A stretch of DNA of 64,000 nucleotides from Gammaproteobacteria bacterium (GTDB lineage Bacteria; Pseudomonadota; Gammaproteobacteria; SZUA-229), in NCBI GenBank assembly GCA_041589455.1, contig JBFHVQ010000001.1, positions 12,793-76,792 on the forward strand, read 5' to 3'. Positions 10,196-19,940 of this stretch are shown piece by piece; positions within the stretch are counted from its first letter, which is position 1, and every line of letters starts with the position of its first letter. A model generated the notes under the pieces. The model worked only from the letters and a program-made list of their open reading frames with translations, ran no database searches and was not told the DNA's origin. A program made the translations under genes and the position numbers.

Positions 10196-10498
10196 TTGAT
10201 TATGAGTAAGCAAGATAGAGATGATGATTTCTGGGGGATGACAGATGAGTTTATTAACCTGGCCAATAAACTGTGTGATAGTCATAAAAATGGCAAGGTG
10301 AGTAATTCAATATTATTCTCGGCGGCACGTTTTAATGCGTTTATGTTTGCATCAATTAGTCAGGATAAAGAGAAGTTCTTACAAGAGAAAGAAATGGCAA
10401 TTGATTTCCTGACGAGTCAGTATAAACAGGTGTTAACCGAAAACCTGAATGATTATGAAAAGAATTTTAAGGATTATGTGAAAACAACGGATGCCTGA
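10196..10498 (+). CDS. Small acidic hypothetical protein (DUF3144-like by memory)
   Basis: 100-aa ORF with protein-like composition. The AARFNAFMFA segment resembles DUF3144 members. No tool confirmation. Confidence 0.45.
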   Translation: MIMSKQDRDDDFWGMTDEFINLANKLCDSHKNGKVSNSILFSAARFNAFMFASISQDKEKFLQEKEMAIDFLTSQYKQVLTENLNDYEKNFKDYVKTTDA

Positions 10499-10537
10499 AA
10501 CTCAGAATAAAGCGGTTTATATGCAGCTTGAAATTCA

Positions 10538-10966
10538 TTAATTGTAAATTTTCTGGAAGCCGGTTTCGCTAAATCCATTCATGCGTTTCTTTCCAACAAA
10601 AATAACCGGTACCCCTGTGGCACCGGTTTTCTTGTATTCGGCCCGTGCGGATGCGCTGGTTTCAATGTTTTTTTCTGTAAAGCGAATGCCCTGTTTATTA
10701 AAATAGTGTTTGGCTTTTTTGCAGTAGCCACAGCTATTGGTGGTATAAATTACGACATTTTTTCCTGTATCGAATGATGATGTGTCATAACTAACGCTTT
10801 CATAAGTGTTTATCTTAAGTTCTAGCGTTTCAGCCTGGTATCGTGTGGAGGCTTTGTCAGAAAAATGCACATTGCCATGCTGGTCAGTCCATTTATAGAT
10901 TTCACTCAGCGCATGACTATTTATCATCATGCAAAAAATTAGCAAAACATAACGCGTTAAGTTCAT
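10538..10966 (-). CDS. Secreted DUF4124-glutaredoxin fusion protein
   Basis: Signal peptide, then YKWTDQHGNVHFSD (DUF4124 signature), then a Grx fold with CGYCKKAK active site and GVPVIFVG. Confidence 0.7.
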   Translation of the reverse strand: MNLTRYVLLIFCMMINSHALSEIYKWTDQHGNVHFSDKASTRYQAETLELKINTYESVSYDTSSFDTGKNVVIYTTNSCGYCKKAKHYFNKQGIRFTEKNIETSASARAEYKKTGATGVPVIFVGKKRMNGFSETGFQKIYN

Positions 10967-10998
10967 AAGCCGGTGCCTGTTGAAAAAATATAAGGTTT

Positions 10999-11691
10999 TT
11001 ACCAGGGAATAATAGAACCATCAATTTCGAAAAAGGAACCACTGTTTTCAGGCGTTAAATTATCCAGAGTGTTTCTTAACTGTTTTACGCAGCTTTCAGT
11101 TGATATTTCTGCATTAGGGCCACCCATATCCGTTTTTACCCAGCCCGGATGAAGAATTGCTACTTTGATTCCTCGAGGTTGTAAATCGATGGCGGCGCTG
11201 ACAAAGGCGGCATTAAGTGCTGCTTTAGATGAGCGGTACACGTAGCTGCCACCGGAACCATTATCTGCCATGCTGCCCATTTTGCTACTCATTGCAGCGA
11301 TGATTTTTAGTTCACTATTTGCTACATGGTCAACAAAAGCTTCGCTAACTTTTACTGGCGCAATAGTGTTGATTCGGAATGTCTCAATCCATTGGGATTC
11401 ATCGATATTGCCGAAGTAGGCATCATTCTGGCCATAAATTCCAGCATTATTAAACAGTATGTCAATGGCTGTGGTATTGAGTGATTTCGCCAGTGCTGTG
11501 ATTTGTGAGCTATCTGATACATCCAATGAATAAACAGTAATCGACGAGTGCTGTTGTTTTAGTTGTTGTAACTCGCTCGCAGTATCAGGCTGGCGACAAC
11601 AGGCGAGTACCTGCCAGCCAAGTTCGGCATATTGTTTAACCAGCTCAAGGCCGATGCCACGATTACTGCCAGTGATTAATATCGTACTCAT
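10999..11691 (-). CDS. Short-chain dehydrogenase/reductase
   Basis: TGSNRGIG Rossmann motif and YRSSK catalytic motif. Confidence 0.85.
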   Translation of the reverse strand: MSTILITGSNRGIGLELVKQYAELGWQVLACCRQPDTASELQQLKQQHSSITVYSLDVSDSSQITALAKSLNTTAIDILFNNAGIYGQNDAYFGNIDESQWIETFRINTIAPVKVSEAFVDHVANSELKIIAAMSSKMGSMADNGSGGSYVYRSSKAALNAAFVSAAIDLQPRGIKVAILHPGWVKTDMGGPNAEISTESCVKQLRNTLDNLTPENSGSFFEIDGSIIPW

Positions 11692-11709
11692 AATTGTTTT
11701 CTCTTTATT

Positions 11710-12336
11710 TTAATTGTGCTGTTCCTGATAAAACTTACCCCAGTTCCAGGTGTAGACAGGTTGCATGCCGGAAAGAGGGTGGGTCTCAACTTTACCAGAT
11801 GGAAGTTCAAGTATCATACAGGTGTGATTATAGCGAGTGCTGCCTGGGTTTATCACCAGGGTGTTGCCAATTTTTTCTGCAAACACCTGATGAGTGTGTC
11901 CGACGATTAGAATATCGTACTGATAATGGGTTAATGCATCTGCCCAGTAGTTAATCCGATCTGGATAAGGCTGACCATCAGGGTCCAGTATTTTAATGCC
12001 GCCGTGTTGCTCGAGTGGCGGTTCGGCATGAACCACATAAAGTTGTCTTGATTCGATTTCTAATTCCAGTTTTAGTGGTAGCTGTTGAAATAAACGGATA
12101 ATGTTTTCGGGTTGCTGTTTTAATTCATCTGGATGGTCGTGATTGCCGGCGATCATTAAGCAATTGGATTCTTCAAGTAATTGAACGGTTTCAGCCAGCT
12201 CATCATCTCCATAACCGGCTATGTCACCGGCACAAATAATATGTGAAACATTGTTGCGCTGAAAAATTTCCAATGCTTCTTTAAGTGGGGCGACAGTAGA
12301 GTGGGTGTCGCTGATTAATCCAATTTTAGTTGTCAT
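11710..12336 (-). CDS. Calcineurin-like metallophosphoesterase (YfcE-like)
   Basis: GDIAGYGDD, GNHD and GHTH motifs. Confidence 0.8.
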   Translation of the reverse strand: MTTKIGLISDTHSTVAPLKEALEIFQRNNVSHIICAGDIAGYGDDELAETVQLLEESNCLMIAGNHDHPDELKQQPENIIRLFQQLPLKLELEIESRQLYVVHAEPPLEQHGGIKILDPDGQPYPDRINYWADALTHYQYDILIVGHTHQVFAEKIGNTLVINPGSTRYNHTCMILELPSGKVETHPLSGMQPVYTWNWGKFYQEQHN

Positions 12337-12369
12337 AATGATTTCAGGTCTATTTACTGGAGTATAACC

Positions 12370-13332
12370 TTAATCGAGAGAGACCGGGTGTAACTGATTG
12401 GTTGGTAAATATGGACTAGTAGTAAATTTTGGCCTGAAAAAATCAATAAAAGCACGTACTTTGGCAGGTAGCTGACGGCGATTGGAGTAGAGGGCATAAG
12501 CGCCTTCGACAGGTAAGCCGGGTACAGTGATCTCGGTACCGGGCATAATATCGACTAGTTTTCCCGTGGCAAGAAGTTTATGAATTAATAGATCAGGCAA
12601 AACACTGATACCCATATGTTGTAGTAAGCAGGAGAGAATAACACTGACATTATTCGAACTCATATTGTGCTTAACACGGATGCCTTGAGGATTGACCTGA
12701 GAAAAAACCAGATGATTGTAATCTTCATAAATTATAAAGTTATGTGCAATCAGATCTTCAGTTTGTGTAATGGTAGCGTGTTGCTGAAGGTACTCAGGTG
12801 TTGCACAAAGAATGAGCCGTAAATCGCCAAAGGGAACTGATATATATGAACTGTCCCGTAATTGCCCAACACGTATAACCAGATCGAGCCGGTCTTCGAC
12901 TATATCCTGTAATGAGTCATTGCATTCTATTTCGAGGCTAACTTCCGGATAGAGTTTGAGAAAGTCGCCAATATAGGGTGCGATTTTTGTATCGGCCCAG
13001 GTGTGAGGCAGGCTGACTCTGAGACGTCCGGATGGGGTCTTGCACAAATCACGTAGGGACTGGCTCGTTTCCATTACCTCGAGCTGGATCTGGCGCGCCT
13101 TTTCATAATAAAGTTCACCGGCTTCTGTCAGGCTAAGACAGCGTGTAGTGCGCTGTAGCAGACGGACACCCAGTTCATTTTCAAGCTGGCTAATCTGTCG
13201 TGATACCGAAGGTTGTGATACACCGAGGATTCGTGCGCAGGCTGAAAAACTTCCGCATTCAACCACGGTGATAAATGTTCTCATGGTGCCAAATAGCTGG
13301 CTATCATCCATTGCTATATCCCTATGTGCCAT
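12370..13332 (-). CDS. LysR-family transcriptional regulator
   Basis: N-terminal HTH (FSACARILGVSQPSVSRQISQLE) plus a LysR substrate-binding domain. Divergent from the SDR gene. Exact start uncertain. Confidence 0.8.
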   Translation of the reverse strand: MAHRDIAMDDSQLFGTMRTFITVVECGSFSACARILGVSQPSVSRQISQLENELGVRLLQRTTRCLSLTEAGELYYEKARQIQLEVMETSQSLRDLCKTPSGRLRVSLPHTWADTKIAPYIGDFLKLYPEVSLEIECNDSLQDIVEDRLDLVIRVGQLRDSSYISVPFGDLRLILCATPEYLQQHATITQTEDLIAHNFIIYEDYNHLVFSQVNPQGIRVKHNMSSNNVSVILSCLLQHMGISVLPDLLIHKLLATGKLVDIMPGTEITVPGLPVEGAYALYSNRRQLPAKVRAFIDFFRPKFTTSPYLPTNQLHPVSLD

Positions 13333-13437
13333 GTGAGCGTATTTATACGCTGGAAGTATGAATCCTATACCTTAATGGCAGATTATCAAAGCGCCAAATA
13401 CACGTAAACTAGTGCAAACATAACAAGGAAATTATTT

Positions 13438-14178
13438 ATGACAAAAGTAAACTTGGTGGGTAAACATGCACTAGTGACCGGGGCTAATCGCGGTATTGGA
13501 GAAGCTTATGTACGATATCTGGTCGAAAACGGAGTAGAGCGAGTATATGCTGCGGCGAGAGAGCTAACAAATCTAGAGGAATTACAGCAGTTATTTGGTG
13601 AAAAGATTACGCCGGTTTTACTGGATGTAACCAATGAAAATCATATCAATGCGTTGAACGGGAAAATATCCTCACTGGATATTCTTATTAATAATGCCGG
13701 TGTAGCTAATGCTTGTTTTTCCACAGCTGAGAATGCATTAGAAATTGCGCGCGTGGAAATGGAGACCAACTACTTTGGCCCATTGCAAATAACACAAACA
13801 TTGCTTCCGTTACTTAAGCAGTCGTCGGAAGCGGTGATTATCAATATTTCATCGATTGCAGGGATCAGTAATTTCCCGGCTATTGGGCCGTATTCCGCAA
13901 CCAAGGCAGCCATGCATTCTTATACGCAAGGCTTAAGAGCTGAACTGTCTCAGTATGCTATTCGTGTGTTAGGTGTCTATCCGGGGCCAATCGATACACG
14001 AATGGCAGAAGATTTTGAAATGGAAAAGGCGCCACCAAGTCAGGTTGCTGAGAAAACCTTTGAAGCGCTGGAAAAAGGAGAGATTGATGTGTTGCCAGAT
14101 GAGTTTTCTATGCAAATGTATAGCGAGTTTTTAAAGCATCCGCATGAGCTAGAGAAGGTGTTTGCAGATATGCAGTAA
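13438..14178 (+). CDS. Short-chain dehydrogenase/reductase
   Basis: TGANRGIG and YSATK motifs. Classic LysR-divergent target. Confidence 0.85.
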   Translation: MTKVNLVGKHALVTGANRGIGEAYVRYLVENGVERVYAAARELTNLEELQQLFGEKITPVLLDVTNENHINALNGKISSLDILINNAGVANACFSTAENALEIARVEMETNYFGPLQITQTLLPLLKQSSEAVIINISSIAGISNFPAIGPYSATKAAMHSYTQGLRAELSQYAIRVLGVYPGPIDTRMAEDFEMEKAPPSQVAEKTFEALEKGEIDVLPDEFSMQMYSEFLKHPHELEKVFADMQ

Positions 14179-14195
14179 TTTACACAAAAGCAGTA

Positions 14196-14253
14196 AATAG
14201 GGCGGGGTAAATTTATCTAGTCATTATTAGGATAAATTAGCCCCGTTTTTCAT
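14196..14253 (+). terminator. Intrinsic terminator after the SDR gene
   Basis: ggcggggtaaatttatc...gataaattagccccg hairpin followed by ttttt. Confidence 0.5.
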
Positions 14254-14808
14254 TATTTAATAATATAGCGATAGCTTGTAAGTGTTGCAGATTTATCGCC
14301 AGATTGAGTTGAATAGTTGTGAGTAAAAAAATAATAACAGCATAAAAAGGAATAAGAATAATGAAAAAGTCTTTCATGATAATGACTTTATTCGGCCTGA
14401 GTCTGAGATATAACACATATGACATAGATGGTGATGATGTGAGTATGATATCGGTAAATGCGCTTATTGCATTTTAGTAGATGATAGAGCGGATAAATAG
14501 AATCAACATTATTTTCCCGGCAATAAATGGCCATGAAAGCGATTGCCTGTCATGGTCGTGTTGAACTTTAAGTTCGATAAGTAATATTCTGAAAAATAGC
14601 CCTGCTTCTTTAACGATATTAACCTATATTGAATGTTGTCAGTAAATGGAAATTTATTACGGTACTTCCCCATGGTTGAATCGGTATAGCGTTTTGAAGA
14701 CTGGCTGAAAGTGCTGTTATCCTTATGCTTATTTGTTGCGTCACTTTGTCAGTAGAAAACTGTGGGGTTTCCAATAAATATTTTCTACGCTCAATAGGTA
14801 ATTTATGT

Positions 14809-15693
14809 ATGTCAGGAGCACCCAAACCCACTACAAAACAACTCATACTGTATGTTTCTTTTCAGTCATTGCAGCTGCTCTCATCGCGACTAGCTTCATT
14901 CCTTGCATACCATCTCTGGTTTCATCCATCTCGGCAAGGTTTTACTCACCTTCCAGGCTTTTTTCCTGATGGTGTGAATGCCGCTGAGGTGACAGTAAAT
15001 AAAAAGAAAGTGTGTTACTGGAGTGCCGGTAATGGAAAAACAGTGTTTATGATGCATGGCTGGGCTGGCTGCGGCAAACAGTTTTCTCATATGGCGCAGG
15101 CGTTTCTGGATGCGGGCTATCGGGTAATATGGATAGACGCACCTGCTCATGGCGTGTCAGCAGGTTGGCAAACTAGCTTGTTTGAATTTAGTGAATCGAC
15201 GTTGCAAGTGCAGCAGCAGGAAGGGCCATTTGAAGCAATCGTTGCCCACTCTTTTGGTGTGCCCTGTAGTTTGTATGCAATTGCAAGGCAGTCACTCCAG
15301 GTTGAAAAAATGATTAGCATTGCTGCGCCTTCAACGACCGAAAGTTTGCTGGATGGTTTTTGTAAAATTATTAAAGCGAATCAGGCAACCAAAGACTGGC
15401 TAATAAAAAGGTTCAAAACCTTTCTGGGCGATATTGATATTACTGATACCTCAGCGCTGACAAATGCTAGGCGAATTGCACAGCCCTGTTTAGTGATACA
15501 CGATAAGCACGATAGAGTGACACGAGCAAAAGGCAGTCAACAGTTATGCGAAAATTTTCAACAAGCTAGATATCTTGAAACGCAACGCCTGGGGCATAAT
15601 AAAATTCTCAGGGATCAGGCAGTGATTGATGCCTGTGTAAAATTTGTTTCTGATAGTGAAGAGATAGGACTAGACAAAAATCTGGCAGAGTAG
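14809..15693 (+). CDS. Alpha/beta-hydrolase fold protein
   Basis: HGWAGCG nucleophile-elbow region and abhydrolase layout. Start at ATG 14809 is a guess; the ORF-finder start at 14725 is less likely. Confidence 0.65.
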   Translation: MSGAPKPTTKQLILYVSFQSLQLLSSRLASFLAYHLWFHPSRQGFTHLPGFFPDGVNAAEVTVNKKKVCYWSAGNGKTVFMMHGWAGCGKQFSHMAQAFLDAGYRVIWIDAPAHGVSAGWQTSLFEFSESTLQVQQQEGPFEAIVAHSFGVPCSLYAIARQSLQVEKMISIAAPSTTESLLDGFCKIIKANQATKDWLIKRFKTFLGDIDITDTSALTNARRIAQPCLVIHDKHDRVTRAKGSQQLCENFQQARYLETQRLGHNKILRDQAVIDACVKFVSDSEEIGLDKNLAE

Positions 15694-15742
15694 TTATCAA
15701 AATAGATATAGCATGACACGTTAACAATTGAGCTTGAATAAT

Positions 15743-16174
15743 TTAAGTTGCAAATAACTGACTATCAATATCCTTAAACGCCTTGAATTCTAAAGCGTTG
15801 CCACTGGGATCCATAAAAAACATAGTGGCCTGTTCACCTGCCTGGCCCTGAAATCGGATATAGGGTTCAATTACGAAATCAACGCTGTTTGATCGCAAAC
15901 GGTCAGCCAGTATTTGCCAGTCTGGCATGTTTAACACAACGCCGAAGTGAGGTACGGGTACTGCATGGCTATCTACCGGATTAAATAACGGCTCAATCTT
16001 GCCTGTATCACCGAGCTGGGGATTAAGATGGCACACCAACTGGTGGCCATACAGATTAAAGTCCACCCAGTGATTATCGCTTCTGCCCTCATCACAGCCT
16101 AATAGTTGCCCATAAAACTGTCGAGCTTCAGTAATATTACGTACCTGTATGGCGAGATGAAATGGCGTTGGCAT
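15743..16174 (-). CDS. VOC/glyoxalase-bleomycin-resistance family protein
   Basis: 143 aa, HLAIQV...FY..LLG pattern. Confidence 0.7.
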   Translation of the reverse strand: MPTPFHLAIQVRNITEARQFYGQLLGCDEGRSDNHWVDFNLYGHQLVCHLNPQLGDTGKIEPLFNPVDSHAVPVPHFGVVLNMPDWQILADRLRSNSVDFVIEPYIRFQGQAGEQATMFFMDPSGNALEFKAFKDIDSQLFAT

Positions 16175-16243
16175 TTGTAGAGGCCCGATTTAAATTTATA
16201 TAAGATATCAATTCGATAATATTACATTAGATACGCTTTTTTA

Positions 16244-17284
16244 TTAATGTATTTTACGTGCTTCACTAGAAGCCCAGTTTATATCTCTGGAAAGGTGGCA
16301 GCCAAGGCAGGAAAAATTAACAGTAATAATTCCTGTCGCATAAGAATGTGTTTTGCCGTTCTTCGTTATGCTTGAAAATGCCTTTGCATCTGGGTTGGTG
16401 TCGATTGTAAAGAGATGTGATCTAACGTCACCCATATGCTGATTAACACTAATGGCTGATTTAGCCATTTTGGGCATATGACATGCAGAGCAGGTAAAAT
16501 TATTTTGAGCATGGATGTTTTTTTTATATGATAAGGCGGCAGCCTGATGGCAGTTATTACAGTTCTTATTAGTCAGAATAGCGCGCTTGTGAGGGTCATG
16601 GCAATCCATACAACTGAGGTTACGATGCCCACCCGCTAGTAATTCATTAACCTGTTCATGGTGTCTAATAAAACCTCCTTTAGCTAGAGGTAGTGAATTT
16701 ATACCACCGCGCTGATGACATTTACCACATGCCTTAGCTGAAGAGTTCTTAGAAATATTAGTGGTTGAGGGGGTTTGTGTGTGGTCTTTTCCAGGGCCAT
16801 GACACGCTTCGCAGCCAATGCCATCTTCTATCCATGTTCCTGCTATACCTGGGCGATCATCCTGGTTGCCTTCAGGATTATATGCTGTCACATGACATTG
16901 AGCACATGTATAGGGTTTTATCTCGCCTTTATGATAAAAAGACCACGAGCCATCTTCTAAATTGTATTGAGTTTTTGCCTCTGTGCCATTTTTCGCAGAA
17001 GTAATGATGTTACCTTGTAAATCTATATAGCGTGCTTTTTTATTAGCTCCGCCTATAACATAAGCAATGTCATCCCAGGTGTAACCTGCAGGTAAAGGTA
17101 ATTTAGAGTGCCGCGCTTGTGATGACTTTCTTAACATCCAGGGGTGTCCTGAAGCTTGCCAGTCATTATATTGTGTTGTATGGCATAAAAAACATTTATC
17201 AGAGCCAACATAATTGTTGGCTAGTATATTTGAAGAAAAGACGAATAACATGAATGTGGGCAATAAAAATAATGGATTATTCAT
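16244..17284 (-). CDS. Secreted octaheme c-type cytochrome
   Basis: Signal peptide plus eight CxxCH motifs (CFLCH, CAQCH, CEACH, CGKCH, CMDCH, CNNCH, CSACH, CLGCH) in 346 aa. Confidence 0.85.
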   Translation of the reverse strand: MNNPLFLLPTFMLFVFSSNILANNYVGSDKCFLCHTTQYNDWQASGHPWMLRKSSQARHSKLPLPAGYTWDDIAYVIGGANKKARYIDLQGNIITSAKNGTEAKTQYNLEDGSWSFYHKGEIKPYTCAQCHVTAYNPEGNQDDRPGIAGTWIEDGIGCEACHGPGKDHTQTPSTTNISKNSSAKACGKCHQRGGINSLPLAKGGFIRHHEQVNELLAGGHRNLSCMDCHDPHKRAILTNKNCNNCHQAAALSYKKNIHAQNNFTCSACHMPKMAKSAISVNQHMGDVRSHLFTIDTNPDAKAFSSITKNGKTHSYATGIITVNFSCLGCHLSRDINWASSEARKIH

Positions 17285-17453
17285 CAGGGTTTCACCATAA
17301 CTAGATAAAGATAGTAGTAAACACTATAAAGAATAGTCCAATTAAATAAGGGATTATAAAACAGATGAATATATTTGATAAAAAGATATGGTCTTTGATG
17401 TGTTAGTTTATTAGCATGAAGTTATAAATAGGTGTTATCAATGTTTATTGAAA

Positions 17454-19523
17454 TTAAGTTTGTAGTTTCTTTTTAAAGTCGCTTGAAGATATGGGTTTTT
17501 CAAAAAAATACCCTTGTGCGCTATCGCAACCAAGTTGCTTAATTACGTTATATTGCTCTTCGGTTTCTATTCCCTGTGCAATAGTTTCATATTTCAGTCC
17601 CTTGCCAAGTGCGGCGATTGCATATGCTGTTGAAGAGTGTGATGCGTCGTGTATTATTTCATTGATAAGAGTTGGATGTATCTTTAATTTGGTAATAGAT
17701 AATTTAATGATGTCGTTAAGTGATAAATTGCTGGTTCCAAGATCATCTATTGTTAGGTGGATTCCAAGGTCTTTGAGTAGTATAAGATTGTTGCAGTCAT
17801 TGCTTTGAAGATTGAATAAAATGTCATCAGATATTTCTAAGGAAATATTATCTGGAGAAATATGATGTTTATGTATTTTGTCTTTAAGGGTTTGAACAAA
17901 AGATGGGTCTGAAATTTGTGAACATGAGACATTTATTGCGATAACTAAATCATGGTAGCCTAATTTTTTCCAGTCAGAGACAAACTGACAGGCTTGGTCA
18001 AAGACCCATGCCCCTACATCATGTATTAATCCGGATGACTCAAGTTCGCTTAAAAACCTAACAGGTAATAATAGTTCACTGTTATGTCGATTCCATCGGA
18101 GCAAAGCTTCTGCACCGGTAATTGTGTTTGTTTTTATATTGTAACGAGGTTGTAAGTAGAGGATAAACTCATTATTTAACATTGCATCTTTAAGGCTGTT
18201 TTGAAGGTTAGATGCTGAAAATTTATCGTTTTTGTTAAGTAGGCTCTGATCAAATAAGACGCTAGCATTTTTTCCATTATGCTTGGCTTGATACATGGCT
18301 AAGTCAGCGAAACGTATTAGGTCTGCCATGTCTTTAGCGTGATCAGGGAAATGAGAAATGCCAATACTTGCGCTTAACTTGTTATATTGTATGTTTTCTA
18401 TGGTGTAAGGTTTCGATAATTTCGTAATCAGTAAATCAGCATGCTCTATTATAGAGTCTATGCTTTTTGTAGACTGTGTAATTACCACAAATTCATCACC
18501 AGAAAGTCTGGCTACAGTATCCGACTTTCTACTGCTGTCACGCAAGCGGTTAGCGACTTGAATGAGGATGTCATCACCAGCATCATGGCCGTGAGTGTCA
18601 TTTACGTTCTTAAAGCCATCAAGATCAATGAAAAATAAACCAAAATGTTCATCTCTGCGAGATGTCTGATTTATAGCCTGCTGTAGCCTGTCTTGAAATA
18701 ATGATCGATTAGGTAATCCAGTTAAAGAATCAAAATTCGCCTTTTGCCAATTTATTTCTTCCTGTTTTTTGCGATCTGTAATGTCCATAGCAATGCCAAT
18801 GCAGCCGATAATTTCACCGTTTTTGTTTTTCTCGGGTTCTAGTGAAGCGTGAAAAAACTGATTGTTCGACTTAAACTCAATTGTGCTCGAATGACCACTA
18901 ATGCAACGTATATGTGCATCAATAATGTCATCTGTAGAGTCACCAAATAAATCTTTAAATTTAATAGAGTTTGATGAAGTTGGTTCGCTAATAGTCGATA
19001 AGAGATTGTCGAAAAGGGAGTTTATTTCGAGTTGTGTATTTGTTGTCCAGATTAAAGAAGGTGTCTGTTTTAGTAACATTGAAAGACGTTGCTCGCTTTC
19101 GTATAAGTTTATCTCGTTAATTCTTCTGTCTGTTATATCCTGTACCACTCCAAAGGATAATAATGGGTCACCTTGCTGGTTGTAATATGTGCGACATGCT
19201 TCTACTACATATTTAATTCTATCATCTGGCATTAAAAGGCGGTGTTCTATAGAGTATGGTTTTCTTGTTCTCAACGATTGCTTATAAGCATTGTTAACTT
19301 TTTCACGATCATCTGGATGGATTACTTCTACAAATGCCTCATACGAAGCCCCGAACAATAAAGGGTCTATCTCGAACATTTCATAAATTTCAGATGACCA
19401 GGTGAGAATGTTATTGATTAAATTGAGTTTCCATATCCCAAGGTTGCTTAGGCGCTTGACCTCGTTAAGCATATCTTGTTCAACTAGTATCTCAATGCGT
19501 TCTATATCTTTATTAAGTGTCAT
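17454..19523 (-). CDS. Tandem-PAS/PAC GGDEF-EAL c-di-GMP protein with non-canonical SGDEF motif
   Basis: PAS/PAC repeats. GGDEF domain carries RKSD (I-site-like) 5 aa before SGDEF. EAL domain with GAEALLRW. Confidence 0.85.
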   Translation of the reverse strand: MTLNKDIERIEILVEQDMLNEVKRLSNLGIWKLNLINNILTWSSEIYEMFEIDPLLFGASYEAFVEVIHPDDREKVNNAYKQSLRTRKPYSIEHRLLMPDDRIKYVVEACRTYYNQQGDPLLSFGVVQDITDRRINEINLYESEQRLSMLLKQTPSLIWTTNTQLEINSLFDNLLSTISEPTSSNSIKFKDLFGDSTDDIIDAHIRCISGHSSTIEFKSNNQFFHASLEPEKNKNGEIIGCIGIAMDITDRKKQEEINWQKANFDSLTGLPNRSLFQDRLQQAINQTSRRDEHFGLFFIDLDGFKNVNDTHGHDAGDDILIQVANRLRDSSRKSDTVARLSGDEFVVITQSTKSIDSIIEHADLLITKLSKPYTIENIQYNKLSASIGISHFPDHAKDMADLIRFADLAMYQAKHNGKNASVLFDQSLLNKNDKFSASNLQNSLKDAMLNNEFILYLQPRYNIKTNTITGAEALLRWNRHNSELLLPVRFLSELESSGLIHDVGAWVFDQACQFVSDWKKLGYHDLVIAINVSCSQISDPSFVQTLKDKIHKHHISPDNISLEISDDILFNLQSNDCNNLILLKDLGIHLTIDDLGTSNLSLNDIIKLSITKLKIHPTLINEIIHDASHSSTAYAIAALGKGLKYETIAQGIETEEQYNVIKQLGCDSAQGYFFEKPISSSDFKKKLQT

Positions 19524-19940
19524 TTAGAATTCTGATAATCGATATGATAGTGAGTAATTAAGGACATGTGTGATTTATTGTTAATGGTTCAGTATGTAAG
19601 AGTTTAGTATATATATGACTAAGTTATAGCTTATAAGTAAATAAAAGGGGTTTAATATTATTGTTTAATAATTTTGTTTCGGAGGGAGAGTGTCTGTGTA
19701 ATATCCTGATTAAGTATCTATTGTTCAACAGTTTACATGTTAAGGATGTTGATACAATATGTTGCCGTAAAGCATCAGTGATGCAGCTGAAGAACGCAGT
19801 GAGTTGGCCTGCTTTTCTTGCAAGTATATGCTTTTACGCTCAGAGTGGCTACAATCTATACATGCGATGTTAACTAAAGTAGGTGGTTTATGGATTACCA
19901 GTACACTAGAAAAACTTTAGTCCACGAAATTTAATAGACT

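Noticed and set aside
14237-14425. 62-aa minus-strand ORF in the AT-rich gap
   Set aside because: Low-complexity I/L/N-rich translation typical of AT-rich non-coding DNA. No RBS.
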